Of a stretch of 64,000 nucleotides of DNA, positions 37,037 through 50,400 are shown in pieces; position 1 is the first letter of the stretch, and each line of letters begins with the position of its first letter. The stretch covers positions 10,591,625-10,655,624 of the forward strand of contig CM082579.2 in NCBI GenBank assembly GCA_040954595.2. The letters are read 5' to 3'. The notes beneath the pieces are model-generated. The model ran no database searches. It was not told the origin of the DNA and worked only from the letters and a program-made list of their open reading frames with translations. Source of the stretch: Balanoglossus misakiensis (Eukaryota; Animalia; Hemichordata). A program made the position numbers and the translations under genes.

Positions 37037-38353
37037 TATACGTTAAGAACTGTTGTGAAGTGTAATTTAGAATTGTTGACATAGTATTGAACTTTAAAAT
37101 TTTCACTTTACTTTTTGACCCAGACCACCAACTTAATGATGATTTTTTGTGATTGTCAAGTATCAGAAAACTTATCATTGGTATATTTTATGATGATTAT
37201 ATAGTAACATACACCCATCAAAGTATAAAAATGCTATGACAGGCACATATATTTAACAATGACAATGTATAAGATTTTAACATATATCGTTGATGTTTAA
37301 AGAATATTTCACAACATATATTGTATTTATTATCTCTTACTGTTTCATTACTTGAAAAGTGCTTATTGCAGTCAGTATGTGGATATAGATTTCAAAATTA
37401 GAAATATTTTGTAATGTTTTCATAATGGAAACCGGGTTTGTAATGTTTATGTACAGTAGGCCTTGAGATTAACACCTGCCCATCGTGGGCTGGTAAATTT
37501 CATTGTCATGTGCCTGGCTTGGCTGGTAATCGCTCATGGTTAGTGACAGGTCATCTAAAAATAAAATATTTTTGCAGGTTAATTTTCAGTGTACCTGCCG
37601 CACGTGAGGAAAAAAAGCTTTGAGACCAGCTATGTGTTCATTAGTCTTTTTCATGTACATACAAGACTTGCCAGAGCACAGTTTTCTTGCATATTTGCAC
37701 AATCTGTGATTTCACAGTAGCCTAGCAACCATACCTGGAACTTTGTGGGGGGCTCCAAGAATCCCTGAGAACTTTATTGGTTGACTGGCCGGCAGAGTAA
37801 ATGTCAATTATCTTTTGTGGGCTGATCAAATCAGCTAAAATGGAATGTCTTCGTTGATATCAATATTTATGAGTAATTGTCTCAGAGTGACAGATTGGTC
37901 GTTGCTGCATTTCACCTCTCCAAACAATATCAACTGTTACTATCGCCACTAGCAATGGAAGTTTTACCAATGTGGAATAAATAACTTTCACTTCTCAAAC
38001 ATTGAACTTGTTTCGAGATTTTATCATAATGTTTGCACTGAAGCATGCTGCCATGTACAAGAGAAGGTGGGGACTGAAGTACATGTACATGTATGTGGCC
38101 TGCAGCTTTGGTTTCTTTGTCTACAGAAAATAAAATACTGATTGGATTTAAGGAAAATAAAAGTACAAATGAATTACCTGCAATGATTGCACATCCCTCA
38201 AATGCCACGTCTCATTGTTTCACTATACGGTGTGTTATGGGTGAGGAGAACTCATAGGTTCTGTGCATGCACTGTATATTTGACTACATGCAAAGAAACT
38301 TTGTACGAATTTCAATAGAAGTGATAAATGGAGCTCATGGGAACACATATTAA

Positions 38354-38409
38354 AGGGACAAAGTCTCTCTCTCGTTGCCCTTTTCCATTAATTATGTTCG
38401 ATAAAAGAC
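38354..38409. mobile_element. MITE family B left tip, truncated where the satellite-bearing element begins
   Basis: ttaa-agggacaaagtctctctctcgttgcccttttccattaattatgttcgata, after which homology stops. Confidence 0.8.
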
Positions 38410-41400
38410 AAGAAGGAATATCATTATGGGTAAGAAGTTATTTCCTCAAGGATTCGGATGCATGCATTGTGTGCACGCACACAGTGTCAGAAAGGGCCTT
38501 CCCTGGGAATATTGAGAGGACTATCCATTACAGCATTAAAGCCCCATGAGCTGCCCAATATCACAATTTTCCACACTATAATGCTTCAAATCTTCTCCCC
38601 CCCCCCCCTCCTTCAGAATCCTCACCATTACTTGTATTTGGATCGGTTTGTCATCCCTTGGCGACGCATACAACGATAATTGTTTAAACGGGTGTGGCAC
38701 CTGTTTAATATACCGGTATCACCTGTTGCAACATACAGCCACATTCAGGTGTCAATAATACATTCATGTATATATATCAGTAAGCTTATGGACCAATCTA
38801 AGTTGGAAAGTATAATCATGAAAATAATGCAAAAAATAGCGTCAATGACAGTGTGGTCCCATTTGAGGATTAATATGCAATTGTCATTTTAGGAGGGGAT
38901 TTAAATTTCACCTATAATATTGCCCTTGATCGCTCAGGAGGCAATCCTAAACCATGTCAAAATTTCTTCATTTTTTGAAAAAAACCATGGGTTATAGCTC
39001 ATGAAAATCTTCAAAAAACGACGATTTTTCGACTTCGCGAATTTTCAAAAATTCTTCATTTTTTGAAAAAAATCATTGGTTATAGCTCATGAAAATCTTC
39101 AAAAAACGACGATTATTCAACTTTGCGAATGTTCAAAATTTCTTCATTTTTTGATAAAAATCATGGGTTATAGCTCATGAAAATCTTCAAAAAACGACGA
39201 TTTTTCGACTTTGACAATTTTCAAAATTTCTTCATTTTTGAAAAAAACATGGGTTATAGCTCATGAAAATCTTCAAAATCGACGATTTTTCGACTTTGCG
39301 AATTTTCAAAATTTCTTCATTTTTTGAAAAAAATCATGGGTTATAGCTCATGAAAATCTTCAAAAAAACGACGATTTTTTGACTGTGCGAATTTTCAAAT
39401 TTTCTTCATTTTTTGAAAAAAACCGTGGGTTGTAGCTCATGAAAATCTTCAAAAAACGACGATTTTTCGACTTTGCAAATGTTCAAAAATTCTTCATTTT
39501 TTTAAAAAAATCATGGGTTATAGCTCATGAAAATCTTCAAAAAACGACGATTTTTCGACTTTGCGAATGTTCAAAATTTCTTGATTTTTTGATAAAAATT
39601 ATGGGTTATAGCTCATGAAAATCTTTAAAAAAACGACAGTTTTTCGTCTTTGCGAATTTTCAAAATTTCTTCATTTTTTGAAAAAAATCATGGGTTATAG
39701 CTCATGAAAATCTTCAAAAAACGACGATTTTTCGACTTTGCGAATATATGTTCAATATTTCTTCATTTTTTGATAAAAATCATGGGTTATAGCTCATGAA
39801 AATCTTTAAAAAAACGACAGTTTTTCGTCTTTGCGAATTTTCAAAATTTCTTCATTTTTGAAAAAAAATCATGGGTTATAGCTCATGAAAATCTTCAAAA
39901 AACGACGATTTTTCGACTTTGCGAATTTTCAAAAATTCTTCATTTTTTGAAAAAAAATCATGGGTTATAGCTCATGAAAATCTTCAAAAAACGACGATTT
40001 TTCGACTTTGCGAATTTTCAAAAATTCTTCATTTTTTGATAAAAATTATGGGTTATAGCTCATGAAAATCTTTAAAAAAAACGACAGTTTTTCGTCTTTG
40101 CGAATTTTCAAAATTTCTTCATTTTTTGAAAAAAATCATGGGTTATAGCTCATGAAAATCTTCAAAAAACGACGATTTTTCGACTTTGCGAATGTTCAAA
40201 AATTCTTCATTTTTTGAAAAAAATCATGGGTTATAGCTCATGAAAATCTTCAAAAAACGACGATTTTTCGACTTTGCGAATGTTCAAAATTTCTTCATTT
40301 TTTGAAAAAAATCATGGGTTATAGCTCATGAAAATCTTCAAAAAAAGACGATTTTTTGACTTTGAGATTTTCAAAATTTCTTCATTTTTTGAAAAAAACC
40401 ATGGGTTATAGCTCATGAAAATCTTCAAAAAACGACGATTTTTCGACTTTGCGAATTTTCAAAAATTCTTCATTTTTTTTAAAAAATCATGGGTTATAGC
40501 TCATGAAAATCTTCAAAAAACGACGATTTTTCGACTTTGCGAATGTTCAAAATTTCTTCATTTTTTGATAAAAATTATGGGTTATAGCTCATGAAAATCT
40601 TCAAAAAAACGGCGATTTTTTGACTGTGCCAATTTTCAAAATTTCTTCATTTTTTGAAAAAAATCATGGGTTATAGCTCATGAAAATCTTCAAAAAACGA
40701 CGATTTTTCGACTTTGTGAATGTTCAAAAATTCTTCATTTTTTGAAAAAAATCATGGGTTAAAGCTCATGAAAATCTTCAAAAAACGACGATTTTTCGAC
40801 TTTGCGAATGTTCAAAATTTCTTCATTTTTTGAAAAAAATCATGGGTTATAGCTCATGAAAATCTTTAAAAAAAACGACAGTTTTTCGTCTTTGCGAATT
40901 TTCAAAATTTCTTCATTTTTTGAAAAAAATCATGGGTTATAGCTCATGAAAATCTTCAAAAAACGACGATTTTTCGACTTTGCGAATGTTCAAAAATTCT
41001 TCATTTTTTGAAAAAAATCATGGGTTATAGCTCATGAAAATCTTCAAAAAACGACGATTTTTCGACTTTGCGAATGTTCAAAATTTCTTCATTTTTTGAA
41101 AAAAATCATGGGTTATAGCTCATGAAAATCTTCAAAAAAAGACGATTTTTTGACTTTGAGATTTTCAAAATTTCTTCATTTTTTGAAAAAAACCATGGGT
41201 TATAGCTCATGAAAATCTTCAAAAAACGACGATTTTTCGACTTTGCGAATTTTCAAAAATTCTTCATTTTTTTTAAAAAATCATGGGTTATAGCTCATGA
41301 AAATCTTCAAAAAACGACGATTTTTCGACTTTGCGAATGTTCAAAATTTCTTCATTTTTTGATAAAAATTATGGGTTATAGCTCATGAAAATCTTCAAAA

Positions 41401-44400
41401 AAACGGCGATTTTTTGACTGTGCCAATTTTCAAAATTTCTTCATTTTTTGAAAAAAATCATGGGTTATAGCTCATGAAAATCTTCAAAAAAACGACGATT
41501 TTTTGACTGTGCGAATTTTCAAATTTGCTTCATTTTTTGAAAAAAACCGTGGGTTGTAGCTCATGAAAATCTTCAAAAAACGACGATTTTTCGACTTTGC
41601 GAATGTTCAAAATTTCTTCATTTTTTGAAAAAAATCATGGGTTATAGCTCATGAAAATCTTTAAAAAAAACGACAGTTTTTCGTCTTTGCGAATTTTCAA
41701 AATTTCTTCATTTTTTGAAAAAAATCATGGGTTATAGCTCATGAAAATCTTCAAAAAACGACGATTTTTCGACTTTGCGAATGTTCAAAAATTCTTCATT
41801 TTTTGAAAAAAATCATGGGTTATAGCTCATGAAAATCTTCAAAAAACGACGATTTTTCGACTTTGCGAATGTTCAAAATTTCTTCATTTTTTGAAAAAAA
41901 TCATGGGTTATAGCTCATGAAAATCTTCAAAAAAAGACGATTTTTTGACTTTGAGATTTTCAAAATTTCTTCATTTTTTGAAAAAAACCATGGGTTATAG
42001 CTCATGAAAATCTTCAAAAAACGACGATTTTTCGACTTTGCGAATTTTCAAAATTTCTTCATTTTTTGAAAAAAATCATGGGTTTATAGCTCATGAAAAT
42101 CTTCAAAAAACGACGATTTTTCGACTTTGAGAATTTTCAAGATTTCTTCATTTTTTGAAAAAAACCATGGGTTATAGCTCATGAAAATCTTCAAAAAACG
42201 ACGATTTTTCGACTTTGCCAATTTTCAAAATTTCTTCATTTTTTGATAAAAATTATGGGTTATAGCACATGAAAATCTTCAAAAAACGACGATTTTTCGT
42301 CTTTGCGAATTTTCAAAATTTCTTCATTTTTTGATAAAAATCATGGGTTATAGCTCATGAAAATCTTCAAAAAACGACGATTTTTCGACTTTGCGAATTT
42401 TCAAAAATTCTTCATTTTTTGAAAAAAATCATGGGTTATAGCTCATGAAAATCTTCAAAAAACGACGATTATTCGACTTTGCGAATGTTCAAAATTTCTT
42501 CATTTTTTGATAAAAATCATGGGTTATAGCTCATGAAAATCTTCAAAAAAAGACGATTTTTTGACTTTGAGATTTTCAAAATTTCTTCATTTTTTGAAAA
42601 AAACCATGGGTTATAGCTCATGAAAATCTTCAAAAAACGACGATTTTTCGACTTAGCGAATTTTCAAAAATTCTTCATTTTTTAAAAAAAATCATGGGTT
42701 ATAGCTCATGAAAATCTTCAAAAAAGGACGATTTTTCGACTTTGCGAATTTTCAAAATTTCTTCATTTTTTGATAAAAATTATGGGTTATAGCTCATGAA
42801 AATCTTTAAAAAAACGACAGTTTTTCGTCTTTGCGAATTTTCAAAATTTCTTCATTTTTTGAAAAAAATCATGGGTTATAGCTCATGAAAATCTTCAAAA
42901 AACGACGATTTTTCGACTTTGCGAATGTTCAAAAATTCTTCATTTTTTGAAAAAAATCATGGGTTATAGCTCATGAAAATCTTCAAAAAACGACGATTAT
43001 TCGACTTTGCGAATGTTCAAAATTTCTTCATTTTTTGATAAAAATCATGGGTTATAGCTCATGAAAATCTTCAAAAAACGACGATTTTTCGACTTTGCGA
43101 ATGTTCAAAATTTCTTCATTTTTTGATAAAAATTATGGGTTATAGCTCATGAAAATCTTCAAAAAACGACAATTTTTCGTCTTTGCGAATTTTCAAAATT
43201 TCTTCATTTTTTGAAAAAAATCATGGGTTTATAGCTCATGAAAATCTTCAAAAAACGACGATTTTTCGACTTTGAGAATTTTCAAAATTTCTTCATTTTT
43301 TGAAAAAAACCATGGGTTATAGCTCATGAAAATCTTCAAAAAACGACGATTTTTCGACTTTGCCAATTTTCAAAATTTCTTCATTTTTTGATAAAAATTA
43401 TGGGTTATAGCACATGAAAATCTTCAAAAAACGACGATTTTTCGTCTTTGCGAATTTTCAAAATTTCTTCATTTTTTGATAAAAATCATGGGTTATAGCT
43501 CATGAAAATCTTCAAAAAACGACGATTTTTCGACTTTGCGAATTTTCAAAAATTCTTCATTTTTTGAAAAAAATCATGGGTTATAGCTCATGAAAATCTT
43601 CAAAAAACGACGATTATTCGACTTTGCGAATGTTCAAAATTTCTTCATTTTTTGATAAAAATCATGGGTTATAGCTCATGAAAATCTTCAAAAAAAGACG
43701 ATTTTTTGACTTTGAGATTTTCAAAATTTCTTCATTTTTTGAAAAAAAACATGGGTTATAGCTCATGAAAATCTTCAAAAAAGGACGATTTTTCGACTTT
43801 GCCAATTTTCAAAATTTCTTCATTTTTTGATAAAAATTATGGGTTATAGCTCATGAAAATCTTTAAAAAACGACGATTTTTCGACTTTGCCAATTTTCAA
43901 AATTTCTTCATTTTTTGATAAAAATTATGGGTTATAGCACATGAAAATCTTCAAAAAACGACGATTTTTCGTGTTTGCGAATTTTCAAAATTTCTTCATT
44001 TTTTGATAAAAATCATGGGTTATAGCTCATGAAAATCTTCAAAAAACGACGATTTTTCGACTTTGCGAATTTTCAAAAATTCTTCATTTTTTGAAAAAAA
44101 TCATGGGTTATAGCTCATGAAAATCTTCAAAAAATGACGATTATTCGACTTTGCGAATGTTCAAAATGTCTTCATTTTTTGATAAAAATCATGGGTTATA
44201 GCTCATGAAAATCTTCAAAAAAAGACGATTTTTTGACTTTGAGATTTTCAAAATTTCTTCATTTTTTGAAAAAAAACCATGGGTTATAGCTCATGAAAAT
44301 CTTCAAAAAACGAAGATTTTTCGACTTAGCGAATTTACAAAAATTCTTCATTTTTTTAAAAAAATCATGGGTTATAGCTCATGAAAATCTTCAAAAAAGG

Positions 44401-47400
44401 ACGATTTTTCGACTTTGCGAATTTTCAAAATTTCTTCATTTTTTGATAAAAATTATGGGTTATAGCTCATGAAAATCTTTAAAAAAACGACAGTTTTTCG
44501 TCTTTGCGAATTTTCAAAATTTCTTCATTTTTTGAAAAAAATCATGGGTTATAGCTCATGAAAATCTTCAAAAAACGACGATTTTTCGACTTTGCGAATG
44601 TTCAAAAATTCTTCATTTTTTGATAAAAATCATGGGTTATAGCTCATGAAAATCTTCAAAAAACGACGATTTTTCGACTTTGCGAATTTTCAAAAATTCT
44701 TCATTTTTTGAAAAAAATCATGGGTTATAGCTCATGAAAATCTTCAAAAAACGACGATTATTCGACTTTGCGAATGTTCAAAATTTCTTCATTTTTTGAT
44801 AAAAATCATGGGTTATAGCTCATGAAAATCTTCAAAAAAAGACGATTTTTTGACTTTGAGATTTTCAAAATTTCTTCATTTTTTGAAAAAAACCATGGGT
44901 TATAGCTCATGAAAATCTTCAAAAAACGACGATTTTTCGACTTAGCGAATTTTCAAAAATTCTTCATTTTTTTAAAAAAATCATGGGTTATAGCTCATGA
45001 AAATCTTCAAAAAAGGACGATTTTTCGACTTTGCGAATTTTCAAAATTTCTTCATTTTTTGATAAAAATTTTGGGTTATAGCTCATGAAAATCTTTAAAA
45101 AAACGACAGTTTTTCGTCTTTGCGAATGTTCAAAATTTCTTCATTTTTTGATAAAAATCATGGGTTATAGCTCATGAAAATCTTCAAAAAAAGACGATTT
45201 TTTGACTTTGAGATTTTCAAAATTTCTTCATTTTTTGAAAAAAAACCATGGGTTATAGCTCATGAAAATCTTCAAAAAACGACGATTTTTCGACTTAGCG
45301 AATTTACAAAAATTCTTCATTTTTTTAAAAAAATCATGGGTTATAGCTCATGAAAATCTTCAAAAAACGACGATTTTTCGACTTAGCGAATTTTCAAAAT
45401 TTCTTCATTTTTTGATAAAAATTATGGGTTATAGCTCATGAAAATCTTTAAAAAAACGACAGTTTTTCGTCTTTGCGAATTTTCAAAATTTCTTCATTTT
45501 TTGAAAAAAATCATGGGTTATAGCTCATGAAAATCTTCAAAAAACGACGATTTTTCGACTTTGCGAATGTTCAAAAATTCTTCATTTTTTGATAAAAATC
45601 ATGGGTTATAGCTCATGAAAATCTTCAAAAAAAAGACGATTTTTTGACTTTGAGATTTTCAAAATTTCTTCATTTTTTGAAAAAAACCATGGGTTATAGC
45701 TCATGAAAATCTTCAAAAAACGACGATTTTTCGACTTAGCGAATTTTCAAAAATTCTTCATTTTTTTAAAAAAATCATGGGTTATAGCTCATGAAAATCT
45801 TCAAAAAAGGACGATTTTTCGACTTTGCGAATTTTCAAAATTTCTTCATTTTTTGATAAAAATTATGGGTTATAGCTCATGAAAATCTTAAAAAAAACGA
45901 TAGTTTTTCGTCTTTGCGAATTTTCAAAATTTCTTCATTTTTTGAAAAAAATCATGGGTTATATCTCATGAAAATCTTCAAAAAACGACGATTTTTCGAC
46001 TTTGCGAATGTTTAAAAATTCTTCATTTTTTGAAAAAAATCATGGGTTATAGCTCATGAAAATTTTCAAAAAACGACGATTATTCGACTTTGCGAATGTT
46101 CAAAATTTCTTCATTTTTTGATAAAAATCATGGGTTATAGCTCATGAAAATCTTCAAAAAACGACGATTTTTCGACTTTGCGAATGTTCAAAATTTCTTC
46201 ATTTTTTGAAAAAAATCATGGGTTATAGCTCATGAAAATCTTCAAAAAACGACGATTATTCGACTTTGCGAATGTTCAAAATTTCTTCATTTTTTGATAA
46301 AAATCATGGGTTATAGCTCATGAAAATCTTCAAAAAAACGGCGATTTTTTGACTGTGCCAATTTTCAAAATTTCTTCATTTTTTGAAAAAAATCATGGGT
46401 TATAGCTCATGAAAATCTTCAAAAAACGACGATTTTTCGACTTTGCGAATGTTCAAAATTTCTTCATTTTTTGATAAAAATTATGGGTTATAGCTCATGA
46501 AAATCTTCAAAAAACGACGATTTTTCGACTTTGCGAATTTTCAAAATTTCTTCATTTTTTGAAAAAAACCATGGGTTATAGCTCATGAAAATCTTCAAAA
46601 AACGACGATTTTTCGACTTTGCCAATTTTCAAAATTTCTTCATTTTTTGATAAAAATTATGGGTTATAGCACATGAAAATCTTCAAAAAACGACGATTTT
46701 TCGTCATTGCGAATTTTCAAAATTTCTTCATTTTTTGAAAAAAATCATGGGTTATAGCTCATGAAAATCTTCAAAAAACGACGATTATTCGACTTTGCGA
46801 ATGTTCAAAATTTCTTCATTTTTTGATAAAAATCATGGGTTATAGCTCATGAAAATCTTCAAAAAAACGGCGATTTTTTGACTGTGCCAATTTTCAAAAT
46901 TTCTTCATTTTTTGAAAAAAATCATGGGTTATAGCTCATGAAAATCTTCAAAAAACGACGATTTTTCGACTTTGTGAATGTTCAAAAATTCTTCATTTTT
47001 TGAAAAAAATCATGGGTTAAAGCTCATGAAAATCTTCAAAAAACGACGATTTTTCGACTTTGCGAATGTTCAAAATTTCTTCATTTTTTGAAAAAAATCA
47101 TGGGTTATAGCTCATGAAAATCTTTAAAAAAAACGACAGTTTTTCGTCTTTGCGAATTTTCAAAATTTCTTCATTTTTTGAAAAAAATCATGGGTTATAG
47201 CTCATGAAAATCTTCAAAAAACGACGATTTTTCGACTTTGCGAATGTTCAAAAATTCTTCATTTTTTGAAAAAAATCATGGGTTATAGCTCATGAAAATC
47301 TTCAAAAAACGACGATTTTTCGACTTTGCGAATGTTCAAAATTTCTTCATTTTTTGAAAAAAATCATGGGTTATAGCTCATGAAAATCTTCAAAAAAAGA

Positions 47401-50400
47401 CGATTTTTTGACTTTGAGATTTTCAAAATTTCTTCATTTTTTGAAAAAAACCATGGGTTATAGCTCATGAAAATCTTCAAAAAACGACGATTTTTCGACT
47501 TTGCGAATTTTCAAAAATTCTTCATTTTTTTTAAAAAATCATGGGTTATAGCTCATGAAAATCTTCAAAAAACGACGATTTTTCGACTTTGCGAATGTTC
47601 AAAATTTCTTCATTTTTTGATAAAAATTATGGGTTATAGCTCATGAAAATCTTCAAAAAAACGGCGATTTTTTGACTGTGCCAATTTTCAAAATTTCTTC
47701 ATTTTTTGAAAAAAATCATGGGTAATAGCTCATGAAAATCTTCAAAAAAACGACGATTTTTTGACTGTGCGAATTTTCAAATTTGCTTCATTTTTTGAAA
47801 AAAACCGTGGGTTGTAGCTCATGAAAATCTTCAAAAAACGACGATTTTTCGACTTTGCGAATGTTCAAAATTTCTTCATTTTTTGAAAAAAATCATGGGT
47901 TATAGCTCATGAAAATCTTTAAAAAAAACGACAGTTTTTCGTCTTTGCGAATTTTCAAAATTTCTTCATTTTTTGAAAAAAATCATGGGTTATAGCTCAT
48001 GAAAATCTTCAAAAAACGACGATTTTTCGACTTTGCGAATGTTCAAAATTTCTTCATTTTTTGAAAAAAATCATGGGTTATAGCTCATGAAAATCTTCAA
48101 AAAAAGACGATTTTTTGACTTTGAGATTTTCAAAATTTCTTCATTTTTTGAAAAAAACCATGGGTTATAGCTCATGAAAATCTTCAAAAAACGACGATTT
48201 TTCGACTTTGCGAATTTTCAAAATTTCTTCATTTTTTGAAAAAAATCATGGGTTTATAGCTCATGAAAATCTTCAAAAAACGACGATTTTTCGACTTTGA
48301 GAATTTTCAAGATTTCTTCATTTTTTGAAAAAAACCATGGGTTATAGCTCATGAAAATCTTCAAAAAACGACGATTTTTCGACTTTGCCAATTTTCAAAA
48401 TTTCTTCATTTTTTGATAAAAATTATGGGTTATAGCACATGAAAATCTTCAAAAAACGACGATTTTTCGTCTTTGCGAATTTTCAAAATTTCTTCATTTT
48501 TTGATAAAAATCATGGGTTATAGCTCATGAAAATCTTCAAAAAACGACGATTTTTCGACTTTGCGAATTTTCAAAAATTCTTCATTTTTTGAAAAAAATC
48601 ATGGGTTATAGCTCATGAAAATCTTCAAAAAACGACGATTATTCGACTTTGCGAATGTTCAAAATTTCTTCATTTTTTGATAAAAATCATGGGTTATAGC
48701 TCATGAAAATCTTCAAAAAAAGACGATTTTTTGACTTTGAGATTTTCAAAATTTCTTCATTTTTTGAAAAAAACCATGGGTTATAGCTCATGAAAATCTT
48801 CAAAAAACGACGATTTTTCGACTTAGCGAATTTTCAAAAATTCTTCATTTTTTTAAAAAAATCATGGGTTATAGCTCATGAAAATCTTTAAAAAAACGAC
48901 AGTTTTTCGTCTTTGCGAATTTTCAAAATTTCTTCATTTTTTGAAAAAAATCATGGGTTATAGCTCATGAAAATCTTCAAAAAACGACGGTTATTCGACT
49001 TTGCGAATGTTCAAAATTTCTTCATTTTTTGATAAAAATCATGGGTTATAGCTCATGAAAATCTTCAAAAAACGACGATTTTTCGACTTTGCGAATGTTC
49101 AAAATTTCTTCATTTTTTGATAAAAATTATGGGTTATAGCTCATGAAAATCTTCAAAAAACGACAATTTTTCGTCTTTGCGAATTTTCAAAATTTCTTCA
49201 TTTTTTGAAAAAAATCATGGGTTTATAGCTCATGAAAATCTTCAAAAAACGACGATTTTTCGACTTTGAGAATTTTCAAAATTTCTTCATTTTTTGAAAA
49301 AAACCATGGGTTATAGCTCATGAAAATCTTCAAAAAACGACGATTTTTCGACTTTGCCAATTTTCAAAATTTCTTCATTTTTTGATAAAAATTATGGGTT
49401 ATAGCACATGAAAATCTTCAAAAAACGACGATTTTTCGTGTTTGCGAATTTTCAAAATTTCTTCATTTTTTGATAAAAATCATGGGTTATAGCTCATGAA
49501 AATCTTCAAAAAACGACGATTTTTCGACTTTGCGAATTTTCAAAAATTCTTCATTTTTTGAAAAAAATCATGGGTTATAGCTCATGAAAATCTTCAAAAA
49601 ATGACGATTATTCGACTTTGCGAATGTTCAAAATGTCTTCATTTTTTGATAAAAATCATGGGTTATAGCTCATGAAAATCTTCAAAAAAAGACGATTTTT
49701 TGACTTTGAGATTTTCAAAATTTCTTCATTTTTTGAAAAAAAACCATGGGTTATAGCTCATGAAAATCTTCAAAAAACGAAGATTTTTCGACTTAGCGAA
49801 TTTACAAAAATTCTTCATTTTTTTAAAAAAATCATGGGTTATAGCTCATGAAAATCTTCAAAAAAGGACGATTTTTCGACTTTGCGAATTTTCAAAATTT
49901 CTTCATTTTTTGATAAAAATTATGGGTTATAGCTCATGAAAATCTTTAAAAAAACGACAGTTTTTCGTCTTTGCGAATTTTCAAAATTTCTTCATTTTTT
50001 GAAAAAAAATCATGGGTTATAGCTCATGAAAATCTTCAAAAAACGACGATTTTTCGACTTTGCGAATGTTCAAAAATTCTTCATTTTTTGATAAAAATCA
50101 TGGGTTATAGCTCATGAAAATCTTCAAAAAACGACGATTTTTCGACTTTGCGAATTTTCAAAAATTCTTCATTTTTTGAAAAAAATCATGGGTTATAGCT
50201 CATGAAAATCTTCAAAAAACGACGATTATTCGACTTTGCGAATGTTCAAAATTTCTTCATTTTTTGATAAAAATCATGGGTTATAGCTCATGAAAATCTT
50301 CAAAAAAAGACGATTTTTTGACTTTGAGATTTTCAAAATTTCTTCATTTTTTGAAAAAAACCATGGGTTATAGCTCATGAAAATCTTCAAAAAACGACGA

